Below are positions 63,049 through 64,000 of a DNA stretch of 64,000 nt, piece by piece (position 1 is the first letter of the stretch; each line of letters begins with the position of its first letter). The notes beneath the pieces were generated by a model that saw nothing but the letters and a program-made list of their open reading frames with translations, was not told the DNA's origin and searched no databases. Source of the stretch: Rickettsiales bacterium (GTDB lineage Bacteria; Pseudomonadota; Alphaproteobacteria; Rickettsiales; UBA998); assembly GCA_965248995.1 (NCBI GenBank), contig CBDFKY010000006.1:101729-165728 (forward strand). The letters are read 5' to 3'. The translations under genes and the position numbers were made by a program.

Positions 63049-64000
63049 TTACTCTCCTTTGTAGAGTACGCTCTCCCGGTAGCCGGTAATGGCGAAGCGG
63101 ATCAGCACGCCGCAGACCGCCGTCACCGGCACCGCGATCAGCGTGCCGACGAATCCCATCATAGCGGCTCCTGACAACATGCCGAAAATAATCCAGAGCG
63201 GATTCAGGCCGACGGAGCGTCCGATCAGGCGGGGCGTGAGCACATATCCTTCCATCGTCTGCCCGAACACGAAAATCGCCACGACGATCAGCGTATCAGT
63301 GGTCGCGCCGAATTGCGCGTAGGCGATCCCTATGGCGATCGCGCCGGAAATAATGGTGCCGATATAAGGGAGGATGATCAGCAGCGCCGCAAGCAGCGCC
63401 ACCACCAGCGCGTAGTTCAGGCTGGCGAGCGACAGGGTGATGCCGTAGTAAACGCTCAAGACCAGCATGACGTTCAGCTGGCCGCGCACGAACGCCGACA
63501 GGGTACGGTTGATGACGGCGCATTGTTCGCGGATGATCGGCGCATGGCGGCGCGGCAGCAGGTCGTCCATCTCCTGCATGATCTTGTCCCAGTCCCGCAG
63601 CAGGTAGAATGAGACCAGCGGGGTGATGATCAGCAGGGCGAGCACGTTGAGCACCGCCATGGAAGACTGGATCAGGCCGCCGGCGATGCCTTTGAGGCCG
63701 TTGGTCAGGCTGTCGGAAATTTCCTTCATGGTCTGCGCGTTGTTCAGCTGGAACTGGCGGGTCAGGTGCATCAGCTGCGGCTGCAGGGTCGTCCTGGCCT
63801 GCGAGATATAGGTCGGCAGTTCGGCGGCAAGCGCGATGCACTGATCCACCAACATCGGCAGCAGCGTGGTCATCAATATCGCGGTCATGGCCAGGAAAGT
63901 GGCGGAGATCAGCGTGGTGGAAGCGGTGCGCGACAACCCTTTCGCTTCCAGCCTGTCCGCCAGCGGATCGAGGATATAGGCCAGCGCCATTCCGACGACG
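63049..64000 (-). CDS. AI-2E family transporter (PerM/YhhT-like), 5' end outside the window
   Basis: Multi-pass membrane protein. The reading frame is open to the window edge, and family members usually have further N-terminal helices. Confidence 0.85.
   Translation of the reverse strand, partial: VVGMALAYILDPLADRLEAKGLSRTASTTLISATFLAMTAILMTTLLPMLVDQCIALAAELPTYISQARTTLQPQLMHLTRQFQLNNAQTMKEISDSLTNGLKGIAGGLIQSSMAVLNVLALLIITPLVSFYLLRDWDKIMQEMDDLLPRRHAPIIREQCAVINRTLSAFVRGQLNVMLVLSVYYGITLSLASLNYALVVALLAALLIILPYIGTIISGAIAIGIAYAQFGATTDTLIVVAIFVFGQTMEGYVLTPRLIGRSVGLNPLWIIFGMLSGAAMMGFVGTLIAVPVTAVCGVLIRFAITGYRESVLYKGE

Noticed and set aside
1-64000. CRISPR arrays, rRNA genes, prophage-scale structural gene clusters
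   Set aside because: No regularly spaced direct repeats, no rRNA-like sequence and no contiguous phage structural genes were seen. Only the solitary g15-type gene is present.

Overview
This window reads as chromosomal DNA from a GC-rich alphaproteobacterium. Lineage markers are MucR/Ros, OlsB, a GTA g15-type tail gene, type-II ThrB, MlaA/MlaC and orphan TadE/G pseudopilins. Housekeeping genes on the backbone: thrB, priA, sucB, ohr, metF, anmK, cysE, hslV, plsC, rph, rdgB, dnaB, tgt, tRNA-Pro, tyrS, hisE, etfBA, ppk1, alr and cysNC. Several usual operon partners are missing, so the backbone looks rearranged. It is interrupted by about ten visibly AT-richer islets carrying orphan genes. Main findings: (1) A two-gene toxin/immunity-like cassette sits at the DUF3147/ddpX junction. 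It is bracketed by a diverged ~82-bp duplication of that junction and keeps a relic of an older cassette. (2) Two other islets show the same 'orphan target copy - cargo - functional target' layout, at cysE and at ohr. (3) A 2.08-kb IS1595-family element with inverted repeats and an 8-bp target duplication carries a Panacea (DUF4065)/RelE-like module. It has split a GIY-YIG gene next to tRNA-Pro. (4) A translationally coupled three-gene orphan operon lies 15 bp upstream of dnaB. (5) A 792-aa protein contains tandem LOG-like modules. (6) A solitary GTA g15 gene is frameshifted. (7) There is a family of hairpin repeats. It includes a 117-bp double hairpin in two copies with a compensatory stem change, and a 68-bp palindrome inserted in frame in cysN. 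All functional calls come from by-eye motif recognition on the supplied translations. No database search was run.
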